From Chloroflexota bacterium (GTDB taxonomy: Bacteria > Chloroflexota > UBA11872 > VXOZ01): 64,000 nucleotides of DNA. The DNA is taken from contig OY760183.1 in assembly GCA_963663275.1 (NCBI GenBank), positions 3,296,001 to 3,360,000 of the forward strand, in the 5' to 3' direction. Position numbers and translations under genes: made by a program. Every line of letters starts with the position of its first letter. Position 1 is the first letter of the stretch. Shown in pieces: positions 19,832 through 28,098 of the stretch. The notes below the pieces were generated by a model. The model had not been told where the DNA came from and searched no databases. It saw only the letters and a list, made by a program, of their open reading frames with translations.

Positions 19832-20863
19832 CTACAGGTAGGTTTTGAAGAAGTCGAAGGCTTTGGCGCCGCTGAACTCGTGCCCGCCGTCGAATTCGTC
19901 CAGCCAGAGGCTTTCCGATACCTGCGCCGCCGCGTAGATGCTTTCCAAGTGGGCATACGCCTCGCGCGCGGCCGCAATCGGGAAGCCTCCGTCCTGGATG
20001 CCGGACTCGATGAGGAGCGGCCGCGGCGCAACCAGGCCGCAGATGTCCGACACTTCCCCGTACTTGAGCACACCGGGTACGAATTGCGACCCGCAGAAAT
20101 TGCCCTGGGTGAGCGCGTATTGCTTGAACGTGGTCAGATAGCAGACCACGTCTGCCGCCTTCACGCGGTCGTCCACCGCCGCCAGGTACATCGCGCGCGT
20201 GCCGCCCAGCGAGAGGCCGATGCAGCCGAGCCGGTCCGCGTCCACTTCCGGACGGCTCGCCAGGTAATCGAGGCCGCGCATGTCGTCCCAGGTATTGAGC
20301 GCCATCAGGTTCATGCCGAAGAGGAAGGTCTTGATGCCGTTCACGTTGCAGCCGTCGCGGTTGGGATAGCGCCGGAAGTCTTCGCCGCGCTCGCCAAAGC
20401 CCCGCGCGTCGGGGCACAGGGTCACGAAACCGCGCTTGGCAAGTTGCAGGCCGTAGTCGTAGTTGTAACGCTTGATCAACGTCGCGCGTTCCTCCTCGCC
20501 ATAGTCCACGTGCGCCACGGCGTCTTTGCCATAAGGCCCGCCGTGACCGTGCAGACAAATAATGCCCGGCGCCGGCGTAGGCGCGTTCTCCGGGATGAGC
20601 AGCCACGCCGGGACCTGCACGTCCTCGGCGGTGGTGTACACCACCTTTTCGTAATGCACGCCGAACTGCTCCCGCTCCTCGACGACCCGCGCATCCAGCG
20701 GAGTCTGCTCGGGAAACGGCTCCATCAGGTCGAGCAGCCGGGCGCGCAACCGCTGCTGCCAGGCGAACCACTCCGCATGAGTCTCACCCGCAAAATGCAG
20801 CAGCGGCGGATGCTTCTCGTAATGCGCCATGATATACGTATCGAAATCGAATACATCGCCCAT
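19832..20863 (-). CDS. Alpha/beta hydrolase (dienelactone hydrolase / acetyl xylan esterase-like)
   Basis: CLHGHG, DARGFGER, nucleophile elbow GLSLGG, C-terminal GGHEF. Confidence 0.8.
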   Translation of the reverse strand: MGDVFDFDTYIMAHYEKHPPLLHFAGETHAEWFAWQQRLRARLLDLMEPFPEQTPLDARVVEEREQFGVHYEKVVYTTAEDVQVPAWLLIPENAPTPAPGIICLHGHGGPYGKDAVAHVDYGEEERATLIKRYNYDYGLQLAKRGFVTLCPDARGFGERGEDFRRYPNRDGCNVNGIKTFLFGMNLMALNTWDDMRGLDYLASRPEVDADRLGCIGLSLGGTRAMYLAAVDDRVKAADVVCYLTTFKQYALTQGNFCGSQFVPGVLKYGEVSDICGLVAPRPLLIESGIQDGGFPIAAAREAYAHLESIYAAAQVSESLWLDEFDGGHEFSGAKAFDFFKTYL

Positions 20864-20885
20864 GTTGGCTCTCCCTCTCTATACG

Positions 20886-21122
20886 CTATGACGACAGGAC
20901 CGCTTCCTGGATGATGAACGGCACCTCCCGCGGGTTCTCCGGTCCCACGTAGATGGCGTCCGTCGGGCAGTAGATCTCGCACAGCAGGCACGACTGGCAA
21001 TCGGCCTCGTAGCGTACGTAGGCTTTCTTGTGCTGGTCCATGCGCAGCACGTCCAGCGGGCACACCTTCACACAGAGCGTGCAGCCGATGCACAGGTCTT
21101 CATAGACTTTCTCGATTGCCAC
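20886..21122 (-). CDS. 2[4Fe-4S] ferredoxin (AprB/AsfB-like)
   Basis: CIGCTLCVKVCP and CQSCLLCEIYCP. Confidence 0.9.
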   Translation of the reverse strand: MAIEKVYEDLCIGCTLCVKVCPLDVLRMDQHKKAYVRYEADCQSCLLCEIYCPTDAIYVGPENPREVPFIIQEAVLSS

Positions 21123-21148
21123 CGTTCACCCTCTCCCTACGCGCGCCG

Positions 21149-22876
21149 CTACCGGGACTGCGCCGCGGCCGCCGGCAGCAGACCCAGCGCTTCCAGCCGC
21201 TCGCGGGGCGCGTCCGCGTAGCGGAACTCCGGCTCGCCGTCAGCATCCGGCGCCGCGATGATCCAGCGCAGCCAGTTCTCATCGTCGCGTTGCGGGTAAT
21301 CCTCCCGGTAGTGCCAGCCGCGGCTCTCCGTGCGCAGCAGCGCCGCCTCGTACATCAGCGCCGTCGTGAGCGCGGTGGCCTCCACCTCGTAGCACTTCAC
21401 CAGTTCGTGGAAGTCCGGCGCAAAGAGGCGCGGCACGGCGTCCTGCCGCAGCGCCCGCACGTGCGCCAGGGCTTGCTCCATGCGCGCGCCGTGGCGGAAG
21501 ATGTTGAGTTGCGGCGGCATGGCCTGGGACTGCAACTCGCCGTACACCGCGTCCGGCGGCAGGCCGTCCGCGCGCTCCAGGGGACGCAGCGCCTCCGCGA
21601 ACGCATCCTCCCGCTCGGCGGCGCCGCTCTCTACCCAATCCGCGTCCTGCGCAAAACCGCCGGCGCTGGCGCCCGCCGCGTAACCGCTGCCGTTCGCCCA
21701 GGCGAGATTGAGAAACGTGATGCCGCTGGAGGCCCCCACCACGTAGCCGCGCATCGCCGCGTCGCCGGCCGCGTAGAGGCCCGGCACGCTGGACGCCATC
21801 GTGGTGTCCTGAACGTACACGCCAGCCGAACCCGATACCGAACCATTGAAACCCGGATGCCATTGGGTGCGCTGGGTAAAGAGGTCCTGGCCGCTGCGTC
21901 GAGCCAGTTCGGCGATGTGCTTGAAGGCGTGCAGCCACATCGCGCGGTCCGTCTCCGGCACGGCGGTGAGGTCGAGTTGAATCGGCCCCCGCCCGGCCTG
22001 GATCTCCGACGCCATGCCGCGCGCGATCACGTGTATCGCCGGCGGCACTTTATCCGAATACTTGCCCAGGAACGGCTCGCCCGCGCCGTTCAGGTAGGTG
22101 CCGCCAATCGCGGCCAGGATGCACTGCCCGTGGCTGTCGAAGCGCGTATTGGTGGCGATGTAGCCGTTGGCGTACTCCAGGTTCATCAGGGCCGCGCCGG
22201 CGTCCCACGCCAGTTTGTACGCCTCGCCGCAGAGCATGTCGTGGCCGAAGTGGGTGCCTTTCCAGGCGCAGCCGCCGGCCGCCAGCACCACGGACTTGGC
22301 GTGAATCAGGCAGAGCCGGTCGTCCTGCCGCCGGATGCCCACCGCGCCGATGACGCGGCCCTCCCGCACGAGCAGCTTGACGATCGCGGCGTGATCGAGA
22401 ATCTTCGCTTGCTTGGTGCGCAAGACCCGCTTGCGCATCAGCTTCATCAACTCGACGCTGTCCAGACCGAGCCGCCAGACCGTCTCGCGGGAGCCGACGT
22501 AGATGAGGCGGCGGTGGAGCGTGCCGACTTCGCCGGATGCCGCGTCGTCATGCCGGTCGAAGGGCGCGTCCCAGCTATCCAGTTCGGCGATGCGCTCGTA
22601 ATTGGCCTGAACGAGCCACTCGACCCACGCCGGATCCAGCAGCAGTTCGCTCTCGCGGCAGTGCTCGCGCACGAAGTCGGCCGGGTCGTCGTCCGGCGTG
22701 AGGTGGAGCACCACGCCGCCGGCGAAGACGCTGCAACCGGAGCCGCCGACGAACCCTTTGTCCACCACCAACGCGCGGCTGCCCTGGCGCGTGGCCGCGA
22801 TCGCCGCCCAGCAGCCGGCCAGGCCGCCGCCGATTACGAGCACGTCGGTGGTATAGACGTCATGCGGTACTTCCAT
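21149..22876 (-). CDS. FAD-dependent oxidoreductase of the SdhA/FrdA/AprA/AsfA family
   Basis: DVLVIGGGLAG, VVLAAGG, PGLYAAGD and RTESRGWHYREDYP; lacks the covalent-FAD RSHT motif of SdhA. Confidence 0.85.
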   Translation of the reverse strand: MEVPHDVYTTDVLVIGGGLAGCWAAIAATRQGSRALVVDKGFVGGSGCSVFAGGVVLHLTPDDDPADFVREHCRESELLLDPAWVEWLVQANYERIAELDSWDAPFDRHDDAASGEVGTLHRRLIYVGSRETVWRLGLDSVELMKLMRKRVLRTKQAKILDHAAIVKLLVREGRVIGAVGIRRQDDRLCLIHAKSVVLAAGGCAWKGTHFGHDMLCGEAYKLAWDAGAALMNLEYANGYIATNTRFDSHGQCILAAIGGTYLNGAGEPFLGKYSDKVPPAIHVIARGMASEIQAGRGPIQLDLTAVPETDRAMWLHAFKHIAELARRSGQDLFTQRTQWHPGFNGSVSGSAGVYVQDTTMASSVPGLYAAGDAAMRGYVVGASSGITFLNLAWANGSGYAAGASAGGFAQDADWVESGAAEREDAFAEALRPLERADGLPPDAVYGELQSQAMPPQLNIFRHGARMEQALAHVRALRQDAVPRLFAPDFHELVKCYEVEATALTTALMYEAALLRTESRGWHYREDYPQRDDENWLRWIIAAPDADGEPEFRYADAPRERLEALGLLPAAAAQSR

Positions 22877-22980
22877 TCAGACCCTCACCCTGGCCCTCTC
22901 CCAGAGGGAGAGGGGATAAAGAAAGGCAGAGCTTGCGCTTCAGCCACGTTCACTCTGCCTTGAACATCCGGCAAGGGCGC

Positions 22981-23847
22981 TCAGCGCTCCTCCCGGTCCC
23001 ACGATAGTTGCGCCCGCAGCAGGCGGATGAGCTTATCCAAAGCGTAGCCAATCGCGCCGATAATGAGAATGACCGCCATCAGTTCGCCGTAGTCGAAGCG
23101 GTCGCGGGTATCCAGAATGTAGTAGCCCAGCCCGTCGGAGACGCCCAACATTTCCGCCGGCACCAGCACGACCCAGGCCAGGCCCACCGCCAGGCGGAGG
23201 CCGGTGAGCATATCCGGCACAATGGCCGGCATGATGACCATGCGCACCAGTTTCCACTCGTTGGCGCCCAAGGTCCGCGCCGCCGAAATCCAGCGTTGGT
23301 CCAGGCTGCTCACGCCGTGGGCCGTATTGATGATCATGGGCCACACCGCGGCAATGGCGATCAGGAAGATCACCGGATTGCTGCCCACGCCAAAGGCGAT
23401 GATCGCGATCGGCATCCACGAGAGCGGCGATATCATGCGCAGGAACTGGAACGCCAGCGACGACGCCCGTTCGGCAAGGTAGTACCGCCCGATGACTACG
23501 CCAATCGGCACGCCAATCCCCACCGCCAACGCCAGCCCCAACCCGATCCGCTCGAGGCTGGCGAAGATGTGGGCAAAGATGACGCCGCTGGCGAATAAGC
23601 CGACCAAATCGCGGAAGGCGTGGCGCGGCTGGAAGGCGGCGACGATACCGGAGTCTGTCAGCAGACCGCCGGTGAGCCCTTGCCACACCAGCAGAATGAC
23701 GAGAAAACCCAGAATTGGCAAGAAGACGCCGCGAAAGCGCGCCCACACCCGGCTTGGCGCCGCCGCGGCAATCCTCTTCGCTGCCTGCGCGCTCGATGGC
23801 CGCGCCTCGTCTCGCAGACGGTCGGCCAGCCTTTCGCCGGTTTGCAT
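22981..23847 (-). CDS. Nitrate/sulfonate/bicarbonate-type ABC permease
   Basis: LRMISPLSWMP, AARTLGAN and WVVLVPAEMLG. Confidence 0.88.
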   Translation of the reverse strand: MQTGERLADRLRDEARPSSAQAAKRIAAAAPSRVWARFRGVFLPILGFLVILLVWQGLTGGLLTDSGIVAAFQPRHAFRDLVGLFASGVIFAHIFASLERIGLGLALAVGIGVPIGVVIGRYYLAERASSLAFQFLRMISPLSWMPIAIIAFGVGSNPVIFLIAIAAVWPMIINTAHGVSSLDQRWISAARTLGANEWKLVRMVIMPAIVPDMLTGLRLAVGLAWVVLVPAEMLGVSDGLGYYILDTRDRFDYGELMAVILIIGAIGYALDKLIRLLRAQLSWDREER

Positions 23848-23851
23848 GGCC

Positions 23852-25090
23852 TCACTCAATGCCGATGACCTCCTTGCGCTCGAACGCTTCATCCTCCGCC
23901 ACGTTGAACGCGCTCGGACCGCCCGCGGCGTTGTACGCCTCCTTGACCAGCGTATAGTCTACCAAATCCTCCGCCGCGTGATCGGCGGAAAGATCGCCCA
24001 GGAAACTCGTATCGCCTTCCACTTTGGTCTGCTTGATCTGCTTCACCAGTTCGATCGTGTACGTCGGATACGGCCAGGGCTGGAAGCCGATGCGCGAGGA
24101 GCCCCATTCCGGATGATGAATCGCGTTGGTGCCCTGGGGGCCGTAGGTCTCCAGGTCGTACTTGCTCATGGCGCGCTCGATCACGGCGGCGTCCTGCGGC
24201 AGGAGGCCGCTGCCGTCCTTGGAAAGCAGTTTGGCCGTGCCGGGGATGTCCCGCAGCGCCCCAATTTGCGAGTTGGCAATGCTGTTGAGCACGCGCTGCG
24301 CCCACTCCGGATTCTCATTGATGTACTTTTCGCTCAGCACCGCCACGCAGCAGGCGTGGTCCTTCCAGATGTCGCCGGTGAAGCGGATGATCTTGCCGTT
24401 CGCCAGCAACTCGCCGGCGGCGTTGAACGGCTCGGCCACAATGTAGCCGTCGATGGAGCGGTTGCCCAGCGCCGTGGGCATGTCCGGCGGCGCCATCACG
24501 AAGAGGTTTACCTGGTGGCTTGCCAGTTCGCGGTTGCGGTCCTGGATGACGGCCTCCAGGTTGTGGTGGCGCAGCGCCATCTGCAACACCACGTTATGGA
24601 TCGAGTACCAGAACGGCACCGCGATCTGCTTGCCGCCCAGATCCTTGATGCTGTCGATGCCGCTCTCCTGATGCACGGTGAGCGCCGAGCCGTTGATGTG
24701 ATCCCAGGCCACCACCTTCACCGGAAACTGCAAGCTGTAGCGCATCCACACCGTCATCGGCATGAGGAAGTGCGCCACGTTCACCTGGTCCGCCATGAAG
24801 GCTTCCGCCAGTTGCGACCACCCCCGGAAGAGCGTGGGCCGCTCGGCGTTCAGTCCTTCGTCGGCGAAGTAGCCGCCGGCAAACCCCAGCGTCAGCGGCG
24901 TGGAATCCGTAATCGGCAGGTAGCCGACCTTGACGGGAATGTCGGACGCCTTGGCGGGCGAGACCGGGCCGCCGTTGGCCGCCTCGTCATCGTCGCCGCC
25001 GCACGCGGCGAGCAACGGACTGGCGACCGCGCCCAGCGCCGTTGCGCCCAGCGCGCTGAGAAAGCGCCCTCGCGTAATCTTCTGCGGCAT
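23852..25090 (-). CDS. NrtA/CmpA/SsuA-like ABC substrate-binding lipoprotein
   Basis: Tat-like TRGRFL plus lipobox LAAC; GYLPITDSTPL, IAVPFWYSIHN and HACC. Confidence 0.85.
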   Translation of the reverse strand: MPQKITRGRFLSALGATALGAVASPLLAACGGDDDEAANGGPVSPAKASDIPVKVGYLPITDSTPLTLGFAGGYFADEGLNAERPTLFRGWSQLAEAFMADQVNVAHFLMPMTVWMRYSLQFPVKVVAWDHINGSALTVHQESGIDSIKDLGGKQIAVPFWYSIHNVVLQMALRHHNLEAVIQDRNRELASHQVNLFVMAPPDMPTALGNRSIDGYIVAEPFNAAGELLANGKIIRFTGDIWKDHACCVAVLSEKYINENPEWAQRVLNSIANSQIGALRDIPGTAKLLSKDGSGLLPQDAAVIERAMSKYDLETYGPQGTNAIHHPEWGSSRIGFQPWPYPTYTIELVKQIKQTKVEGDTSFLGDLSADHAAEDLVDYTLVKEAYNAAGGPSAFNVAEDEAFERKEVIGIE

Positions 25091-25155
25091 TCTGCTACTC
25101 CTCAGATACGTTTTCATGCAACTCAGGAAACGAAGCGCCGCTGCGCGCGGCGCTT

Positions 25156-25968
25156 CTAGATGTGGTAATACTGCCCGCGCGTGTGCGCGAGATTGAACTC
25201 GGCAAAGACTTCTTTGCGCAGGCGCACCAGTTCGGGGTCAATCCGGTCACGCGGATGGGCGAGCGGCACCGGAATAACGCGCCGCAGTTCACCGGGATGC
25301 GCGCACATGATCGCCACCCGGTCGCCGACGTAGAGCGCCTCGTCGATGTCGTGGGTCACGAAGAGCGTCGTCACTTGCTGCGCCTTGACGATGCGCACGA
25401 TTTCCTCTTGCATCTCCATGCGGGTGAAGGCGTCCAGCGCGCCGAAAGGCTCATCCATCAGCAGGATTTCAACCTGATTGGCCAGCGCCCGCGCCAAGGC
25501 GACCCGCTGCGCCATGCCGCCGGATAGCTGCGCCGGCCAGGCGCGCTCGAATCCCCCCAAGCGGGTGAGCGCCACCAAATCCGCGACGATCGTCTCTTTG
25601 TCGCCTTTGAAGCCCCGGGCGTCCAGGCCGAAGCGGATGTTCTCCTCCACCGTCAGCCACGGAAAGAGCGCGTAATCCTGGAAGACCATGCCCCGCGTGT
25701 AGTGCGGGCCTTCCACCGGCGTGCCTCCCACGGTCACGCTGCCCTCCGAGAGCCGGTCCAGGCCGGCAATGACGTTCAGGAGGCTGGACTTGCCGCAGCC
25801 GCTGGGCCCCAACACGCAGAGCAACTCGCCCTCCCGCACGGCAAGATCCACGCCCTGGAACGCCACCGTGGGGCCGTTCCGCGAGCCAAATACCCGGCCG
25901 GCGCCTTCCAGCACTATCTTTGCTGCCGGAGACGCTTCTCGTACCGTTTGTGCCACTGCGCTGCTCAT
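25156..25968 (-). CDS. Nitrate/sulfonate-type ABC ATPase
   Basis: GPSGCGKS, LFPWLTV, LSGGMAQR, LMDEPFGALD and VTHDIDEA. Confidence 0.9.
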   Translation of the reverse strand: MSSAVAQTVREASPAAKIVLEGAGRVFGSRNGPTVAFQGVDLAVREGELLCVLGPSGCGKSSLLNVIAGLDRLSEGSVTVGGTPVEGPHYTRGMVFQDYALFPWLTVEENIRFGLDARGFKGDKETIVADLVALTRLGGFERAWPAQLSGGMAQRVALARALANQVEILLMDEPFGALDAFTRMEMQEEIVRIVKAQQVTTLFVTHDIDEALYVGDRVAIMCAHPGELRRVIPVPLAHPRDRIDPELVRLRKEVFAEFNLAHTRGQYYHI

Positions 25969-26115
25969 TGCTAATGCATGAACCTCTCTGCCCGGGCCTA
26001 ACCCCGCGTACGGCGAGACGAAGCCGCCATCCCCGCACAAACCGCGCTACCGTCCGCCATCCCCGCAGAGGCGGCGCGGCCGGGTGTCAAACCCGCCGCA
26101 GGCGGCTAAACTTAA

Positions 26116-26176
26116 CTAAGTAACTTTACTTAGACAACTAAAGCGTTAAGCTAACATAGCGCGGAAGCGGTGTCAA
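26116..26176 (-). promoter_or_regulatory. Promoter and palindromic operator of the ABC/oxidoreductase operon
   Basis: Minus-strand TTGACA-17-TAGCTT; perfect inverted repeat CTAAGTAA-CT-TTACTTAG at 26116-26133 just downstream. Confidence 0.6.
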
Positions 26177-26252
26177 ATCCCGCCGCTTCGTATAGAATGG
26201 ATACGGCGGAAAGAGTAGCACGAGACTGGATAGCGTTGCACGGCTGGTTTTT

Positions 26253-26328
26253 GTCATTCCGAGCGCAGCGAGGAATCTAGAACCCGTACACGCGATACCC
26301 GTAGATTTCTCGCTGCGCTCGGAATGAC
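26253..26328. repeat. GTCATTCCGAGC-type REP dyad
   Basis: GTCATTCCGAGCGCAGCGAG...CTCGCTGCGCTCGGAATGAC; related copies at ~4735, 17294, 36888 and 50499. Confidence 0.85.
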
Positions 26329-26410
26329 ATGAAGCCTGGCCCATCGAAGAGGGCAAGCTGGATCTACTTATTTCCGGATACGGTAACGTTGCACTTTGCG
26401 GAGGCGCTCT

Positions 26411-26767
26411 ATGACCCAACAACTCGATTCCGATATTCCTTTTGGCACGGTGGACAGCACGGAAGCGAAGCAGATGATCGACAGCGGCGAGTACCAGGTA
26501 ATCGACGTGCGCACACCCATCCAGTTCGCCCAGGCGCGCATTCCCAACTCCACCCTGGCGCCCTTGCCCGAACTCCTGCAGAAACCGTGGGAGTTCCTGG
26601 CCGACGACAAGATCATCTTCGTCTGCGACGTCGGCCAGAGCAGCCAGGTGGCCTGCGAAATCGCCGCCGCCATGGGCCTGGAAGACCTCTACAACCTGGG
26701 CCCCGGCATCGTCGGCTGGCAGCAAGACGGCTATCCGCTGGAACAAGGCCCGCCGCAAGAAGGCTAG
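26411..26767 (+). CDS. Rhodanese-like domain protein
   Basis: VIDVRTPIQF..ARIPNS, active-site loop FVCDVGQSS, YNLGPGIVGW. Confidence 0.85.
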   Translation: MTQQLDSDIPFGTVDSTEAKQMIDSGEYQVIDVRTPIQFAQARIPNSTLAPLPELLQKPWEFLADDKIIFVCDVGQSSQVACEIAAAMGLEDLYNLGPGIVGWQQDGYPLEQGPPQEG

Positions 26768-27035
26768 CTCCGGACCGTTTGCGCGGGAGCGGCGTGTGGG
26801 CGGCCGCCGCCGCGAAGCAGCGGCAAACGGCGCCAAGCAGCCTTCCTCGCTCCGCGCGGCATGAATTGGAATACTTGCGTTTAACGTGATCGAGCGCACG
26901 TACAACCCGGTGGAGACAAAAGCAGGTCGCACGGCGCACGCGCATTCGCAAGCCAAACGCAGGAAGCGCCTTGTAGGGCGACCACCAAGGGCGTTCAGTT
27001 TCGATTGCGCCTGATGCAGGCGCGGGAGAGCGGCC

Positions 27036-27602
27036 ATGGCCAGCACGCAGCCGAGAACTATGCTCACCTATGCCGATTACATGCAGACGTCGGACGACCG
27101 GCGCTATGAGCTTCTCGAGGGAGTATTGGTCGAAATGCCGGCGCCGAACACGGCGCACCAGCGGGTCTCTCGCGAAGTAGGACGGTCGCTCGATACCTTT
27201 GTCAGAGATAGAGGTCTGGGCGAGGTGTTCTTTGCCCCTTACGACGTCGTGCTCTCCGACACGGTCGTGGTGCAGCCCGATCTGCTGTTCGTCTCTAACG
27301 AGCGGGCGCACGTCATCACCGCCGCCAACATCCAGGGGACGCCGGACCTGGTCGTTGAAGTCCTCTCCGATTCCACTGCCAGAAACGACTGGACGCTCAA
27401 ACGAGACCTGTACGCGCGGCACGGCGTCAGCGAGTATTGGCTGGTGGACCCGGTGGCGTGGACGGTAACCGTCCTGCTCTTGCGGGACGAGCGCTTCAGG
27501 GTGGTAGAGGTCTATAGCGAAGGGCAGACGCTGGCGTCGCCAACGCTGGCGGGCCTCAGCCTCAACCTGGCTGAGATTTTCCAAAGCGTCAGCCCCATTT
27601 GA
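27036..27602 (+). CDS. Uma2-family (DUF820) endonuclease-like protein
   Basis: RYELLEG, PAPNTAHQ, VVQPDLLF, PDLVVEVLS, KRDLYA and EYWLVDP. Confidence 0.9.
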   Translation: MASTQPRTMLTYADYMQTSDDRRYELLEGVLVEMPAPNTAHQRVSREVGRSLDTFVRDRGLGEVFFAPYDVVLSDTVVVQPDLLFVSNERAHVITAANIQGTPDLVVEVLSDSTARNDWTLKRDLYARHGVSEYWLVDPVAWTVTVLLLRDERFRVVEVYSEGQTLASPTLAGLSLNLAEIFQSVSPI

Positions 27603-27793
27603 GTGCCTGGTGGCCTCTAGCCGTCCTCCCGCAAAGTGCGCTCGGAGTTGCAGCGCGCTGGCGTAGCATTTCTCCCTATCGCGCGATAGTAGCCCTGCCC
27701 AGTACATGATTGAACAGGTTCCACCTTTCATCTTCCCAAGCGTTGGGGCAACGTTCGAGATTATGTATTATACCTATGAAGGGAGGCGTGCTC

Positions 27794-28033
27794 ATGGGCG
27801 CAAATTCGCGTATTGCCAAATGGGGAACCGGCTACGCCATTCGCATTCCTGAGGCCATTGCGCGGCAGTGGGGGGTTCAGGAAGGCTCCGCAATTGAGAT
27901 CATCCCGCGCGGCGATCACGTCATCCTGCGCAAGGAGTCCTATGACCTTGCCGAAACGCTGGCCGAGGTGACCGCCGACAATCTACACTCCGAACAGGAT
28001 ACCGGCCCGTCCCAAGGCAACGAAGCATGGTAG
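27794..28033 (+). CDS. mazE: AbrB/MazE-family antitoxin
   Basis: IAKWGTGYAIRIP...YDLAETLAEVTADNLHSEQDTGPSQGNEAW, typical of MazE including the C-terminal Trp. Confidence 0.85.
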   Translation: MGANSRIAKWGTGYAIRIPEAIARQWGVQEGSAIEIIPRGDHVILRKESYDLAETLAEVTADNLHSEQDTGPSQGNEAW

Positions 28034-28098
28034 GGAGCGATTGTGTTCCTGCCAAAGGTCAACGCTCTCTTGCAGTGACGCACCCGGCCGGTTCATGA
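28027..28098 (+). pseudogene. Possible 5' remnant of a mazF toxin gene
   Basis: ATG overlaps the mazE stop (ATGGTAG) and encodes MVGSDCVPAKG..., similar to MazF N-termini, then stops after 23 codons. Confidence 0.45.

Noticed and set aside
21149-22876. Succinate dehydrogenase or dissimilatory APS reductase
   Set aside because: No SdhB/C/D, Sat or Qmo genes, the covalent-FAD histidine motif is absent, and the context is an ABC importer
21116-25159. Long plus-strand ORFs (615 and 555 aa) and similar antisense ORFs elsewhere, e.g. 28059-29852, 47523-49112 and 56100-58319
   Set aside because: Shadow frames of well-supported genes in high-GC DNA, with no recognisable motifs
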